In this document: in pieces, positions 9,066 to 17,549 of the stretch
Layout of the letters: each line of letters opens with the position of its first letter
Position numbering within the stretch: the first letter of the stretch is position 1
Assembly: GCA_947305065.1 (NCBI GenBank)
Contig: CAMZCT010000003.1
Coordinates: forward strand, 23,623 to 87,622
Length of the DNA: 64,000 bases
Direction: 5' to 3'
From: an uncultured Mycoplasmatota bacterium
GTDB taxonomy: Bacteria; Bacillota_I; Bacilli_A; RF39; UBA660
Made by a program: the position numbers and the translations under genes
The notes under the pieces: model-generated
Databases searched by the model: none
Told to the model about the DNA's origin: nothing
What the model saw: the letters and a program-made list of their open reading frames with translations, nothing else

Positions 9066-10211
9066 ATGAAGAAATATTTAAAATATTTATTAGCTCTTTT
9101 ATTATTTATACCTTTTGTAGTTAGTGCTCAAGATGTAGGTATTAAAAATATATCATTGGTTGATAGTAAAGGATTTGTGGAAGAAGTAAGTCCTGCTAAA
9201 GCGGAAGGATTAAATGTTGATTTAGATTTAAAATTTAGAGAAGTAGGAGATGAAGCAACATATTTATTAATAATACATAATGGAGATAGCGAAGATTATG
9301 TATTAGATACTAAATTAGGTGTTAGTAGTAAATATGTAGAATATTCATTAGATTCAGCTAGTGATGATAATATTATTAAAGCTGGTGGAGATACTAAAGT
9401 ATATATAACAGCTAAGTATAATAAAGCTGTGCCAGATTATTTAATGACAGAGAATAAATATAGTGAAATAATGAATATTAAAATAAATTTTGTTGGTGAT
9501 AATAATATACCGGAAGAAACAAGTAAGAATGCAGTAAATCCTAATACTGGTAATCCAATAGTAATTATTGGCATAGGTTTATTTATAACAGTAATATGTG
9601 CAGTATTATTAAAAAACTACAATGTTAGAAAATATACTAATATGATATTAATATTAGGATTGGTATTAATACCAACAACAATAATGGCTTTGAAAACAGT
9701 TGTTATAGATGTAAATTCGAAAGTAGAAATAGAAAAAGTAGAACCAATTACTTTCTATGTAGAAAGAGTGTACTTCTTTGGGGAAAGCCCTAGAGAAAAT
9801 TATACTCTTACAGGATTACCAGGAATGACTTGGGGACAATGGTTAACTTCTAGTTTTAATGATAAGAATATTAAAATGGATGATTTAGCTAATATTAATA
9901 AATTTAGTGATATGGCTTGTAAACAATCTCATTTTATCTATGATTCCGAAAGATTTGATGCTGCTATGAATGGAATATACGGTGATAATACTAATGTTGA
10001 TGCAAATAGTGGTAATGTTAATAATTATGAGACCGATGCTCCTACTTCAGCAACTAGTTATGGCGATATTACGGTTGAAGAATATAAACAAATCGGAGGA
10101 ATTTTACTAAATGATGAAATAGTAGCAAATACTAGATATAAATATATAATTGGTAATCCTTGTGAAATAATTAGTTATTATGATAATCTGCCGGGAGGTC
10201 ACACAATGTAG
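9066..10211 (+). CDS. Exported two-domain protein with an internal sortase-B-like sorting signal / TM hairpin
   Basis: Signal peptide MKKYLKYLLALLLFIPFVVSAQD (start moved to ATG 9066, RBS AGGTGA). Mid-protein NPNTG + hydrophobic helix + KNYNVRK, then a second helix and a ~170-aa C-terminal domain. No recognisable catalytic motifs. Confidence 0.6.
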   Translation: MKKYLKYLLALLLFIPFVVSAQDVGIKNISLVDSKGFVEEVSPAKAEGLNVDLDLKFREVGDEATYLLIIHNGDSEDYVLDTKLGVSSKYVEYSLDSASDDNIIKAGGDTKVYITAKYNKAVPDYLMTENKYSEIMNIKINFVGDNNIPEETSKNAVNPNTGNPIVIIGIGLFITVICAVLLKNYNVRKYTNMILILGLVLIPTTIMALKTVVIDVNSKVEIEKVEPITFYVERVYFFGESPRENYTLTGLPGMTWGQWLTSSFNDKNIKMDDLANINKFSDMACKQSHFIYDSERFDAAMNGIYGDNTNVDANSGNVNNYETDAPTSATSYGDITVEEYKQIGGILLNDEIVANTRYKYIIGNPCEIISYYDNLPGGHTM

Positions 10212-10220
10212 TTTTGTATT

Positions 10221-10246
10221 AAGTTTATCGAAAGATAAACTTTTTT
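10221..10246 (+). terminator. Rho-independent terminator
   Basis: Stem AAGTTTATC/GATAAACTT with loop GAAA, then TTTTTT. Confidence 0.7.
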
Positions 10247-10545
10247 AATTGTATAAAAATTAATGAAATGTTAGATTTAGCTAATGAAGGAATAATTTCA
10301 CAAATGTTTGATTCTGAGGAAAAGGTGACATATGTAAAAAGTAATTGACTTTACTTTTTTTATATTGTATATTTAATTTGACTTTTTTATTTGAGAACTT
10401 ATATTTTGATATGTACTACATTTTTTTATATGTGGTTTTTTTGCTTTGCATAGGAAGGAGAGTAAAAGGGAAAATTCGGCTACTTAGAGGTACATAAGAA
10501 ATATATGTATCTTTTTTAAAATAGTTAATATTTATAGGAGGATTT

Positions 10546-11529
10546 ATGAGTTTTATCAGTGTAAAACATTTAAACAAAGAGTTTAAGGTATTGCAGCGTG
10601 AAAGTGGACTTAGAAACGCCTTTAAATCGTTGATTAAGAGAAAATATAGAACTATTAAAGCCGTTGATGATATCTCTTTGGAAATTGAAAAAGGCGAGAT
10701 TGTTGGATATATTGGACCGAATGGTGCTGGTAAATCAACAACGATAAAAATGCTTTGTGGAATATTAAAAGCGGATAGTGGAACTATTAGAGTTGCTGGT
10801 TTTGATCCTTTTAGGGATAGAAAACAATATGTCAAAAATATTGGTGTTGTCTTTGGACAAAAATCACAATTATGGTGGGATATTCCAGTTATAGATTCTT
10901 TTGAATTATTAAAAAGTATCTATAAAATAAGTGATAAAGATTATAATGAAACAAAGAATGAATTATTAGAATTACTCGATTTAGAAGATATTCTTACAAT
11001 TCCAGTTAGACAACTGAGCTTAGGGCAGAGAATGCGAGCGGAAATCGCAGCGTCTTTACTTCATAATCCGAAAATATTATTTCTAGATGAACCAACTATT
11101 GGACTTGATGCTGTTTCTAAATTAGAAGTTAGAAAGTTTATAAAAGAAATAAGTAAGAAGAAAAAAGTTACTGTTATTCTTACTTCTCATGATATGAGCG
11201 ATATTGAAGCTTTGACTAATCGTCTAATAGTAATAGGGCATGGAAAAAAGCTTTATGATGGAACTCTTACAGGTATTAAGGATAAATTTTCTAATAATAA
11301 AAGGTTAGAAATAATATATAAAAATTTAAAAAAACAACCAGAGATTAAAAATACAACGATAGTAGAGAATAAAAATAATAAAGTAGTATTAGATGTTGAT
11401 ATTACTAATATATCGGTATCTAGTGTTATAAAGAAATATACTGAAGTATGTGATATAGAAGATGTAAATATAATAAATGAGGATATAGATAATATAATAG
11501 TTAAGTTGTATAAAGATTACGATTTATGA
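10546..11529 (+). CDS. ABC transporter ATP-binding protein
   Basis: Walker A GPNGAGKST, signature LSLGQRMR, Walker B ILFLDEPT, H-loop TSHD. Stop overlaps the next start (ATGA). Confidence 0.9.
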   Translation: MSFISVKHLNKEFKVLQRESGLRNAFKSLIKRKYRTIKAVDDISLEIEKGEIVGYIGPNGAGKSTTIKMLCGILKADSGTIRVAGFDPFRDRKQYVKNIGVVFGQKSQLWWDIPVIDSFELLKSIYKISDKDYNETKNELLELLDLEDILTIPVRQLSLGQRMRAEIAASLLHNPKILFLDEPTIGLDAVSKLEVRKFIKEISKKKKVTVILTSHDMSDIEALTNRLIVIGHGKKLYDGTLTGIKDKFSNNKRLEIIYKNLKKQPEIKNTTIVENKNNKVVLDVDITNISVSSVIKKYTEVCDIEDVNIINEDIDNIIVKLYKDYDL

Positions 11530-12326
11530 GTGGATATTTAAGATATTTTAAAACAGAATTAATAATGGGATTACAATATAAAGCTGCGGCAATTTCTGGA
11601 CTTTGTACACAAATATTTTGGGGAATACTTTATTGTTTACTATATGAAGCTTTTTATTCTCATGCTAGTATAGATGCAATAAGTTTTAAAGAAATAATAT
11701 GTTATGTTTGGTTAATGCAATCTTTCTTTACTTTAATATATATTAGAGTAAATGATTCTGAGATATTAGAAAAAATTAAAAGTGGTACGGTTGCATATGA
11801 ATTATGTAGACCTTATAATTTATATTTTTGGTGGTATGTAAAGTTATTATCTAAAAAATATGCTGCTGTTACACTTAGATGTTTACCGGTTTTGATTATT
11901 TCATTTCTTTTACCCAAACCTTACCGTCTATTATTACCAATATCTTTAGAAGCTTTTGTTTTATTTGTTATTTCTTTAATACTAGGTTCTTTTGTTGTAG
12001 TTGGATTGTGTATGATAATTCATTCTATTACTTTTTTTACTCTAGAAAGTAAAGGAATAACTAGTATAGTATGTAGTATTGGTGAATTATTATCAGGATT
12101 TGCTATACCTGTACCATTACTTCCTACATTTTTAGTAAATATTACTAAATATATGCCTTTTAGACTTATTGGTGATGCTTCATTTAGAATTTATTCAGGT
12201 AATATTAGTATTATAGGAGCTAAAGAAATAATTATATTACAAATTATTTGGATAATAATACTTATTATTGTTGGTAATCTATTAGTAAATAAAGCATTAA
12301 AGAAAGTATGTATACAAGGTGGTTAG
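11526..12326 (+). CDS. ABC-2-type transporter permease (uncharacterised family)
   Basis: ~6 predicted TM helices. Translationally coupled to the ATPase. Its size and paired-permease layout fit ABC-2-type uncharacterised transport systems. Confidence 0.65.
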   Translation: MSGYLRYFKTELIMGLQYKAAAISGLCTQIFWGILYCLLYEAFYSHASIDAISFKEIICYVWLMQSFFTLIYIRVNDSEILEKIKSGTVAYELCRPYNLYFWWYVKLLSKKYAAVTLRCLPVLIISFLLPKPYRLLLPISLEAFVLFVISLILGSFVVVGLCMIIHSITFFTLESKGITSIVCSIGELLSGFAIPVPLLPTFLVNITKYMPFRLIGDASFRIYSGNISIIGAKEIIILQIIWIIILIIVGNLLVNKALKKVCIQGG

Positions 12327-12327
12327 T

Positions 12328-13104
12328 ATGGAATTAATAAAAAACTATTTGGCTAATCACTTAAAAGTAAGTTTAGAATATAGATTATCATTTATATTAA
12401 GTTTAATATCGCAAGGATTATATATGTTAATAGAATTATTTGCAGTATATGCTTTGTTTAGAAAATTTAATTTACTTAAAATGTATAATATTAATGAAGT
12501 GTTATTAAGTTTTAGTGCTATTTGGTTATCTTTCTCTTTTTGTGAATTATTTTTTAGAGGATTTGATAATTTTTCTAAATTAATTATAAAAGGAGATTTC
12601 GATATTTTACTTATTAGACCAAGAAGTATTTATTTACAAATATTTGGTAGTGATGTGTGTTATGAGAAATTTAGTAGAGTATTAACAGCTTTGGGATTAT
12701 TCCTATATAGTAGTATTAATTTAATAGATAAGTTTAGTTTAGGAAAGGTATTATTACTCTTTAATATGTTCTTAGGTGGAGTAATGTTATTTCTTGGATT
12801 ATTTATAATGGGGGCTACTATGTGTTTTTATACTATACAAGGTTTAGAAGTAGTAAATATTATTACTAATGGTGCTAAGCAATTTGCAGAATATCCAATT
12901 CGTATTTATAGAAGAGCTTTAAGATTAGTATTTACTTTTGTAATTCCAATAACAATTATTAATTATTATCCAATTAATTATTTAATAGGAAAGACAAATA
13001 ACTTATTATATATTTTTTTACCTCTTGTATCATTTATTGTATTATTTATAGGTACTAAGATATTTAACTTTGGAATGAGTAAGTATTATAGTACTGGATC
13101 ATAG
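12328..13104 (+). CDS. ABC-2-type transporter permease (second subunit)
   Basis: Polytopic membrane protein that overlaps or abuts the previous permease. ATG 12328 is preferred (RBS AAGGTGG at 12316-12322) over the GTG at 12319. Confidence 0.65.
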   Translation: MELIKNYLANHLKVSLEYRLSFILSLISQGLYMLIELFAVYALFRKFNLLKMYNINEVLLSFSAIWLSFSFCELFFRGFDNFSKLIIKGDFDILLIRPRSIYLQIFGSDVCYEKFSRVLTALGLFLYSSINLIDKFSLGKVLLLFNMFLGGVMLFLGLFIMGATMCFYTIQGLEVVNIITNGAKQFAEYPIRIYRRALRLVFTFVIPITIINYYPINYLIGKTNNLLYIFLPLVSFIVLFIGTKIFNFGMSKYYSTGS

Positions 13105-13130
13105 AAGAACTAAATGTTCTTCTTTTTTTT
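13103..13130 (+). terminator. Rho-independent terminator after the ABC operon
   Basis: Stem AGAAGAAC/GTTCTTCT with a 5-nt loop and a T-run. Confidence 0.75.
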
Positions 13131-13171
13131 AGAGATAAGTAATGCTATAATTATTTAAAGAGAGTGATGAT

Positions 13172-14200
13172 ATGAGTTTATTTGATAATGAGAATGTTAA
13201 AAAGGGTTGGACTAAAAAGAAAAGATTGTTTTTAATAGCTATTGCAGTTTTAATGATATCTATTTTTTCTTGTATTTGGGGGACATCTATAGCGGATAAA
13301 AAAAGTAAAAAAATTGTTGAGTTAGAAGAAGTTATTTCTGAAAAGAGTTCTAAAAAAGAATATAAGAAAGTTAAAGTAAAGATTTATTATCAACCTTGGT
13401 TATTAGCTGAAAAAGAAGATACTTCTTCTGCTTATTATATAGTTTCTAGTAAAGATTACTTTTATATTGCTAAAATGGAAAAATCTTTAGCAGAGAAAAT
13501 AACTAAAAAAGATGTAGAGAATGGTTATGAGTTAGTTGGATTTACTGATAATGTACCAAGTGAAGTTAAAAATTTTGCTATTGATGAATATAATGAAGCT
13601 TATGGAGATGAGTTAGAGAGAAAAGTAACTTTAGCTGATTACGATGACATATTTGGTGATGTGTGTATAGATTTAGGTAAAGATGATTTCGCTGTTTTTG
13701 CTCCAGTACAATATGCTATATTTACTATTGGTTTAATAATTGGATTATTATTATTGATAACTTCTATTTCTTTAATAATAGTGTATAGAATAAAGGTTGG
13801 ACAACTAAATAAGAGTAATAAAGAAGATTTAGATAAGCTTGGTGAAGAAGTTAATAATGGAAATGCTATTTTTTATGATAAGGGTCAAATCTATTTAACA
13901 AATAATTATTTGTTAGATGTTTCTAATTTACAATATTTTAAATATGAAGATATATTTTGGGTATATAAACATATTCAAAGAGTAAATGGTATTGTTTCAT
14001 ATACTTGTTTAATGTTAACAAAAAATGATGGAAAACAATATGTAGTAGCTATGAATGCTAAAAATAATTATGAAGAAATTATGAATGAGTTAGCTATTAG
14101 AAATAGTAATATTAGAATAGGTTATACTGCTGAGAATCAAGATGCCTTAAAGATGAAAAAGAAAGAGTTAAAAGAAGCTAAAAAGAATAAAAAAGCGTAA
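13172..14200 (+). CDS. Hypothetical membrane protein (two TM helices)
   Basis: TM1 is LFLIAIAVLMISIFSCIW and TM2 is AIFTIGLIIGLLLLITSISLIIVY. The C-terminus is Lys-rich. No motif I recognise. Confidence 0.55.
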   Translation: MSLFDNENVKKGWTKKKRLFLIAIAVLMISIFSCIWGTSIADKKSKKIVELEEVISEKSSKKEYKKVKVKIYYQPWLLAEKEDTSSAYYIVSSKDYFYIAKMEKSLAEKITKKDVENGYELVGFTDNVPSEVKNFAIDEYNEAYGDELERKVTLADYDDIFGDVCIDLGKDDFAVFAPVQYAIFTIGLIIGLLLLITSISLIIVYRIKVGQLNKSNKEDLDKLGEEVNNGNAIFYDKGQIYLTNNYLLDVSNLQYFKYEDIFWVYKHIQRVNGIVSYTCLMLTKNDGKQYVVAMNAKNNYEEIMNELAIRNSNIRIGYTAENQDALKMKKKELKEAKKNKKA

Positions 14201-14202
14201 TA

Positions 14203-14229
14203 AAAAGTAAACAGAATTGTTTACTTTTT
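14203..14229 (+). terminator. Rho-independent terminator
   Basis: 11-bp stem AAAAGTAAACA/TGTTTACTTTT with loop GAAT. Confidence 0.7.
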
Positions 14230-14306
14230 ATTGTCTAGTTAATTGAAGAGAAGTATTATAAATGTTATAATTTAAATAGATATAATACTAATAGGTAGTG
14301 ATTAAG

Positions 14307-15662
14307 ATGGAACCATATAATGATATTGATACAATAGATACAACAGATACTACAACTAGAGAGGCTTTTTATAATAATTTAAAACGTTTGATAGAGATTG
14401 AAGAAGATCCTAACAAAGAGTTTATTGATGAACTTGTTACGCTTAGAAGTGTTGATAATTATCCTTATGAATCTAAGTGGGTTTGTGGTTCTGCTTATAC
14501 AGATGGGGAATATAGGTTGATAGCTAGCTATGATAAAAATGCTGTTAGAAATGAAATACCAAAGAAGAGGTCGATATTTAATTTTGTTGGATCTAAAAAA
14601 GTTGATGAAATAAGAGAACCGGAGTTAGAACCTTTGTATTTATATACGCCTGTAAGATTTTTTTCAACTAAGCATTTTACTATTAATACGGCTTTAGGTA
14701 CTACATTAGAATGGAATACCATGAATCCTAATATGAATTTTGTTATAATTGATGATATATATAACTTTCTGGAATCTGGTTATGGGTATTCTTTAGCTGA
14801 TAAAGATGCTTATTGTGATGTGACTCATGAACCATTACCAATATCTAAAAATAGTATTACGGTTCTTACTCTTGATACTTATAATAGGATTAAAGATGAT
14901 AAAGAATTGATGGAAAGAATATTTTCTACTAGTAAGAAGATTAGAATAGTTAAAGGAGATCTTGTTACAGGTATTAATATGATCTTAGTAGAGGAGGGAA
15001 AATTGCCTTTTAGATTAGGAAAAGATGCTGAGTATGAGTATCCAACATCTATAAAGGAAAAAATAGAGAAATCTCTGCAAAAAATATGTCTTGATTATAA
15101 TTTGGAATATGATAGGTCACATGTTGGACCTAACCCTCATTTTTCATCTTATATAAATCAATATTGTGGAGGAGATCTTGATAAATGGAATAATTTTGAT
15201 AAAGATGGAAAGATTCATTCGATTATGGACGTTGTTAAGAAAGTAATTAGGTTATTAAATGAAAGAATGGGTAAAATAGTCTTAAATGAGAATGATTATA
15301 ATAGAGAGTTGTATTTTACGAGGTTTTCTGGGGATTTGCGTTATAAGATTCAAATAGGATTAATAGATCCTTTGATACTAAAATCAGTATTAGATGAAAT
15401 AAACCCTTTAACTAAAGCTGAAATAGAAGAAAATAGAAGAAATTACTTTCTAGATAGACAAAAAATAACACCAGAGATTAGTGAATTATTTAAAGATACA
15501 GTAAGGTTAGTTAAAGAACATGAAAATGAGTTAGCAACATTTCTTTCACCTAGTGAAATTCAACAAGATGTAATAGACTTCTTTTTGGCTCCTACGGTAG
15601 AAGAACAAGTTAAATCGGCTAGTAAAATAAAAGCATACTATAGTGAGTTTACTCTTAAGTAA
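14307..15662 (+). CDS. Hypothetical cytoplasmic protein (~451 aa), no recognisable domain
   Basis: A long open frame in AT-rich DNA. ATG 14307 is preceded by TAGGTAGTG. No TM helices and no motifs I can assign. Confidence 0.55.
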   Translation: MEPYNDIDTIDTTDTTTREAFYNNLKRLIEIEEDPNKEFIDELVTLRSVDNYPYESKWVCGSAYTDGEYRLIASYDKNAVRNEIPKKRSIFNFVGSKKVDEIREPELEPLYLYTPVRFFSTKHFTINTALGTTLEWNTMNPNMNFVIIDDIYNFLESGYGYSLADKDAYCDVTHEPLPISKNSITVLTLDTYNRIKDDKELMERIFSTSKKIRIVKGDLVTGINMILVEEGKLPFRLGKDAEYEYPTSIKEKIEKSLQKICLDYNLEYDRSHVGPNPHFSSYINQYCGGDLDKWNNFDKDGKIHSIMDVVKKVIRLLNERMGKIVLNENDYNRELYFTRFSGDLRYKIQIGLIDPLILKSVLDEINPLTKAEIEENRRNYFLDRQKITPEISELFKDTVRLVKEHENELATFLSPSEIQQDVIDFFLAPTVEEQVKSASKIKAYYSEFTLK

Positions 15663-15723
15663 AGTTTAGTGATTTGCAATATATGAGAAAATATTTTATA
15701 ATTTAAGTGCGTAGGTGATAGAG

Positions 15724-16314
15724 ATGAAAATCGAGTCAGTAATGTTGGAAACTATAGCTATTAGAGAAAGTCAGTATCCTACTGATCAAAAATCAGAATT
15801 TTTATTAGTAGGTAGAAGTAATGTCGGTAAGAGTAGTTTTATTAATACTTTAATTAATAGAAAGAATATGGCCCATACAAGCGCAACACCTGGTAAGACA
15901 CAAACTTTAAATTTCTATCTTGTTAATAATAGTTTTTATTTAGTTGATGTACCAGGATATGGATATGCTACGACATCAAAGGATACTCAAAAGAAATTTG
16001 GTATGATGATAGAAGAGTATTTGAAAACTAGAGATAATTTAAAGAGAGTATTTCTTTTAGTGGATAGTAGACATAAAATAATGGAAGACGATTTATTAAT
16101 GTTTAACTTTGTTAAGTATTATAATTTAGATGTTACAATAGTTGCTACTAAGTGTGATAAACTTAAACAAAGTGAAAAAGCTAAATTAGATAGTAAATTC
16201 TCTACGGCATTTGAACTAGGTGAACGAGATAATATGGTTTATTTTTCTAGTGTAACTAAAGAAGGTAGAGATGAAGTTCTCGGTATTATTAATAAGTGTA
16301 TAGATACTAAATAG
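15724..16314 (+). CDS. engB: Ribosome biogenesis GTP-binding protein YsxC/EngB
   Basis: G1 is GRSNVGKSS, G3 is DVPGYG, G4 is TKCDK. ~196 aa. Start taken at ATG 15724 (GTG 15715 is also possible). Confidence 0.9.
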   Translation: MKIESVMLETIAIRESQYPTDQKSEFLLVGRSNVGKSSFINTLINRKNMAHTSATPGKTQTLNFYLVNNSFYLVDVPGYGYATTSKDTQKKFGMMIEEYLKTRDNLKRVFLLVDSRHKIMEDDLLMFNFVKYYNLDVTIVATKCDKLKQSEKAKLDSKFSTAFELGERDNMVYFSSVTKEGRDEVLGIINKCIDTK

Positions 16315-16370
16315 TATCTTTTTTATTTTGTTAAAATATATTATAATTATGGTGTATAGTAGGTGAGTTA

Positions 16371-16949
16371 ATGAATAGAAAAGGATTTACCTTAGTAGAA
16401 TTATTAGCAGTAATTACTATTCTATCATTATTAATGATAGTAGCTGTTCCTTCAGCTTTAAACTTTCAGGAAAACATGCGAAAGAAGATGTTTTGTTCTA
16501 AAGTAGAGACAGTAGAAAGAGCAGCAAAGATATATGGTAATGATGTTAAAGAAACAATTAAAGGTGATAAGATAAGTGAAAGAAAATGTTCTAATATAAC
16601 GGGTGAGAATACTTCTTCTTGTCAATTTATTACTATTAATACTTTAATGGCTAAAGGATATTTAAAAAAAGAAGTAAATAACGTAAGAAAAGATGAAAAT
16701 GGAAAGCCATTATATGATGAATTTTATGATCCTAGAAATTATCATAGTATGAAGAAGGATTATGTAATAGTATATGTTGATAATGATAGGGCTTATGCTA
16801 GATATGTTTATAAAAATCTAAAAGACTCACAGTATTGTAATCCGGAGGATGCCGAAAAGAAAGCAGTAGATGGATCTAAAATATTTGGATATTATTACGA
16901 AGATGAACATGAAGCCTCAGAAGAACATGGAAAGGTAGAAATGTGGTAA
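16371..16949 (+). CDS. Type IV pilin-like / pseudopilin protein (prepilin-type N-terminal cleavage-methylation motif)
   Basis: MNRKG|FTLVELLAVITILSLLMIVAVP is a class III signal peptide with Glu at +5. Four Cys residues lie in the globular part. Confidence 0.8.
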   Translation: MNRKGFTLVELLAVITILSLLMIVAVPSALNFQENMRKKMFCSKVETVERAAKIYGNDVKETIKGDKISERKCSNITGENTSSCQFITINTLMAKGYLKKEVNNVRKDENGKPLYDEFYDPRNYHSMKKDYVIVYVDNDRAYARYVYKNLKDSQYCNPEDAEKKAVDGSKIFGYYYEDEHEASEEHGKVEMW

Positions 16950-17497
16950 TGAAGAAAGGTTTTACATTAGTTGAATTATTAGGGGTTATTGCCATACTTG
17001 CTATTTTAATAATAATAGCAACACCAGCAATATTAACTATTGCTAAAAAAAATAAAGATAATATGTATTGTAAAAAAGTTAAAACAGTTATAAAAGCTGC
17101 ACAATTATATGGGGAAGAGTATTTCCAAAATATTGATAAGACAGTTATAAGTAATGAAGATTATTTAATTGATGATAATAGATTGTGTGTAGTTGGTAGT
17201 AATACAATTGATCATTGTCAAATTACAACTATAGGTTCTTTGGCAGAGAGAGGATTTTTAAAACTAGAAAAAGTAGGTAAGAGTGCTTATGAAAAAGAAT
17301 TCCTTGATCCGAGAGATTTTAAGACCATGTTAAATGAAGAAGTTATGGTTTATATTGTAAATAAAAGAATGAATGCTCAGTTTTTGTTTAAAAGTAAAAA
17401 AGATGGAGAAAAATGTACTGATTCTGTAGAAGTCGGGGGCGGAAGATACAAAAGTTATTATTATAAAGAAGGAAGTACAATAATGTCTAGCGAATAA
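16949..17497 (+). CDS. Type IV pilin-like / pseudopilin protein (paralogue of the preceding gene)
   Basis: MKKG|FTLVELLGVIAILAILIIIATP. The start overlaps the upstream stop (TAATG). It shares the upstream gene's Cys pattern and the motifs (F/Y)CxKVxTV..AAxxYG, CQ(F/I)xTIxxLxxxG(Y/F)LK and DPR(N/D)(Y/F). Confidence 0.8.
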   Translation: MKKGFTLVELLGVIAILAILIIIATPAILTIAKKNKDNMYCKKVKTVIKAAQLYGEEYFQNIDKTVISNEDYLIDDNRLCVVGSNTIDHCQITTIGSLAERGFLKLEKVGKSAYEKEFLDPRDFKTMLNEEVMVYIVNKRMNAQFLFKSKKDGEKCTDSVEVGGGRYKSYYYKEGSTIMSSE

Positions 17498-17549
17498 TTT
17501 ACTTCTTTACTTTTTTTTGATAAAATATTGGAGCTTGGAGGGGTTTATT

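Noticed and set aside
2446-10211. Interpreting the dockerin-containing cluster as a cellulosome or polysaccharide-degradation locus
   Set aside because: There are no glycoside hydrolase, CBM or scaffoldin-like modules in the window. The catalytic module is a papain-like peptidase. Only a generic dockerin-mediated tethering hypothesis is retained.
10268-10348. 26-codon ORF (MLDLANEGIISQMFDSEEKVTYVKSN) in the leader of the ABC operon
   Set aside because: It is too short, has no RBS and resembles nothing I recognise. It overlaps the putative -35 element and cannot be supported.
10416-10835. 139-aa minus-strand ORF overlapping the start of the ABC ATPase gene
   Set aside because: It is antisense to a CDS with perfect Walker and signature motifs, so it is a shadow ORF.
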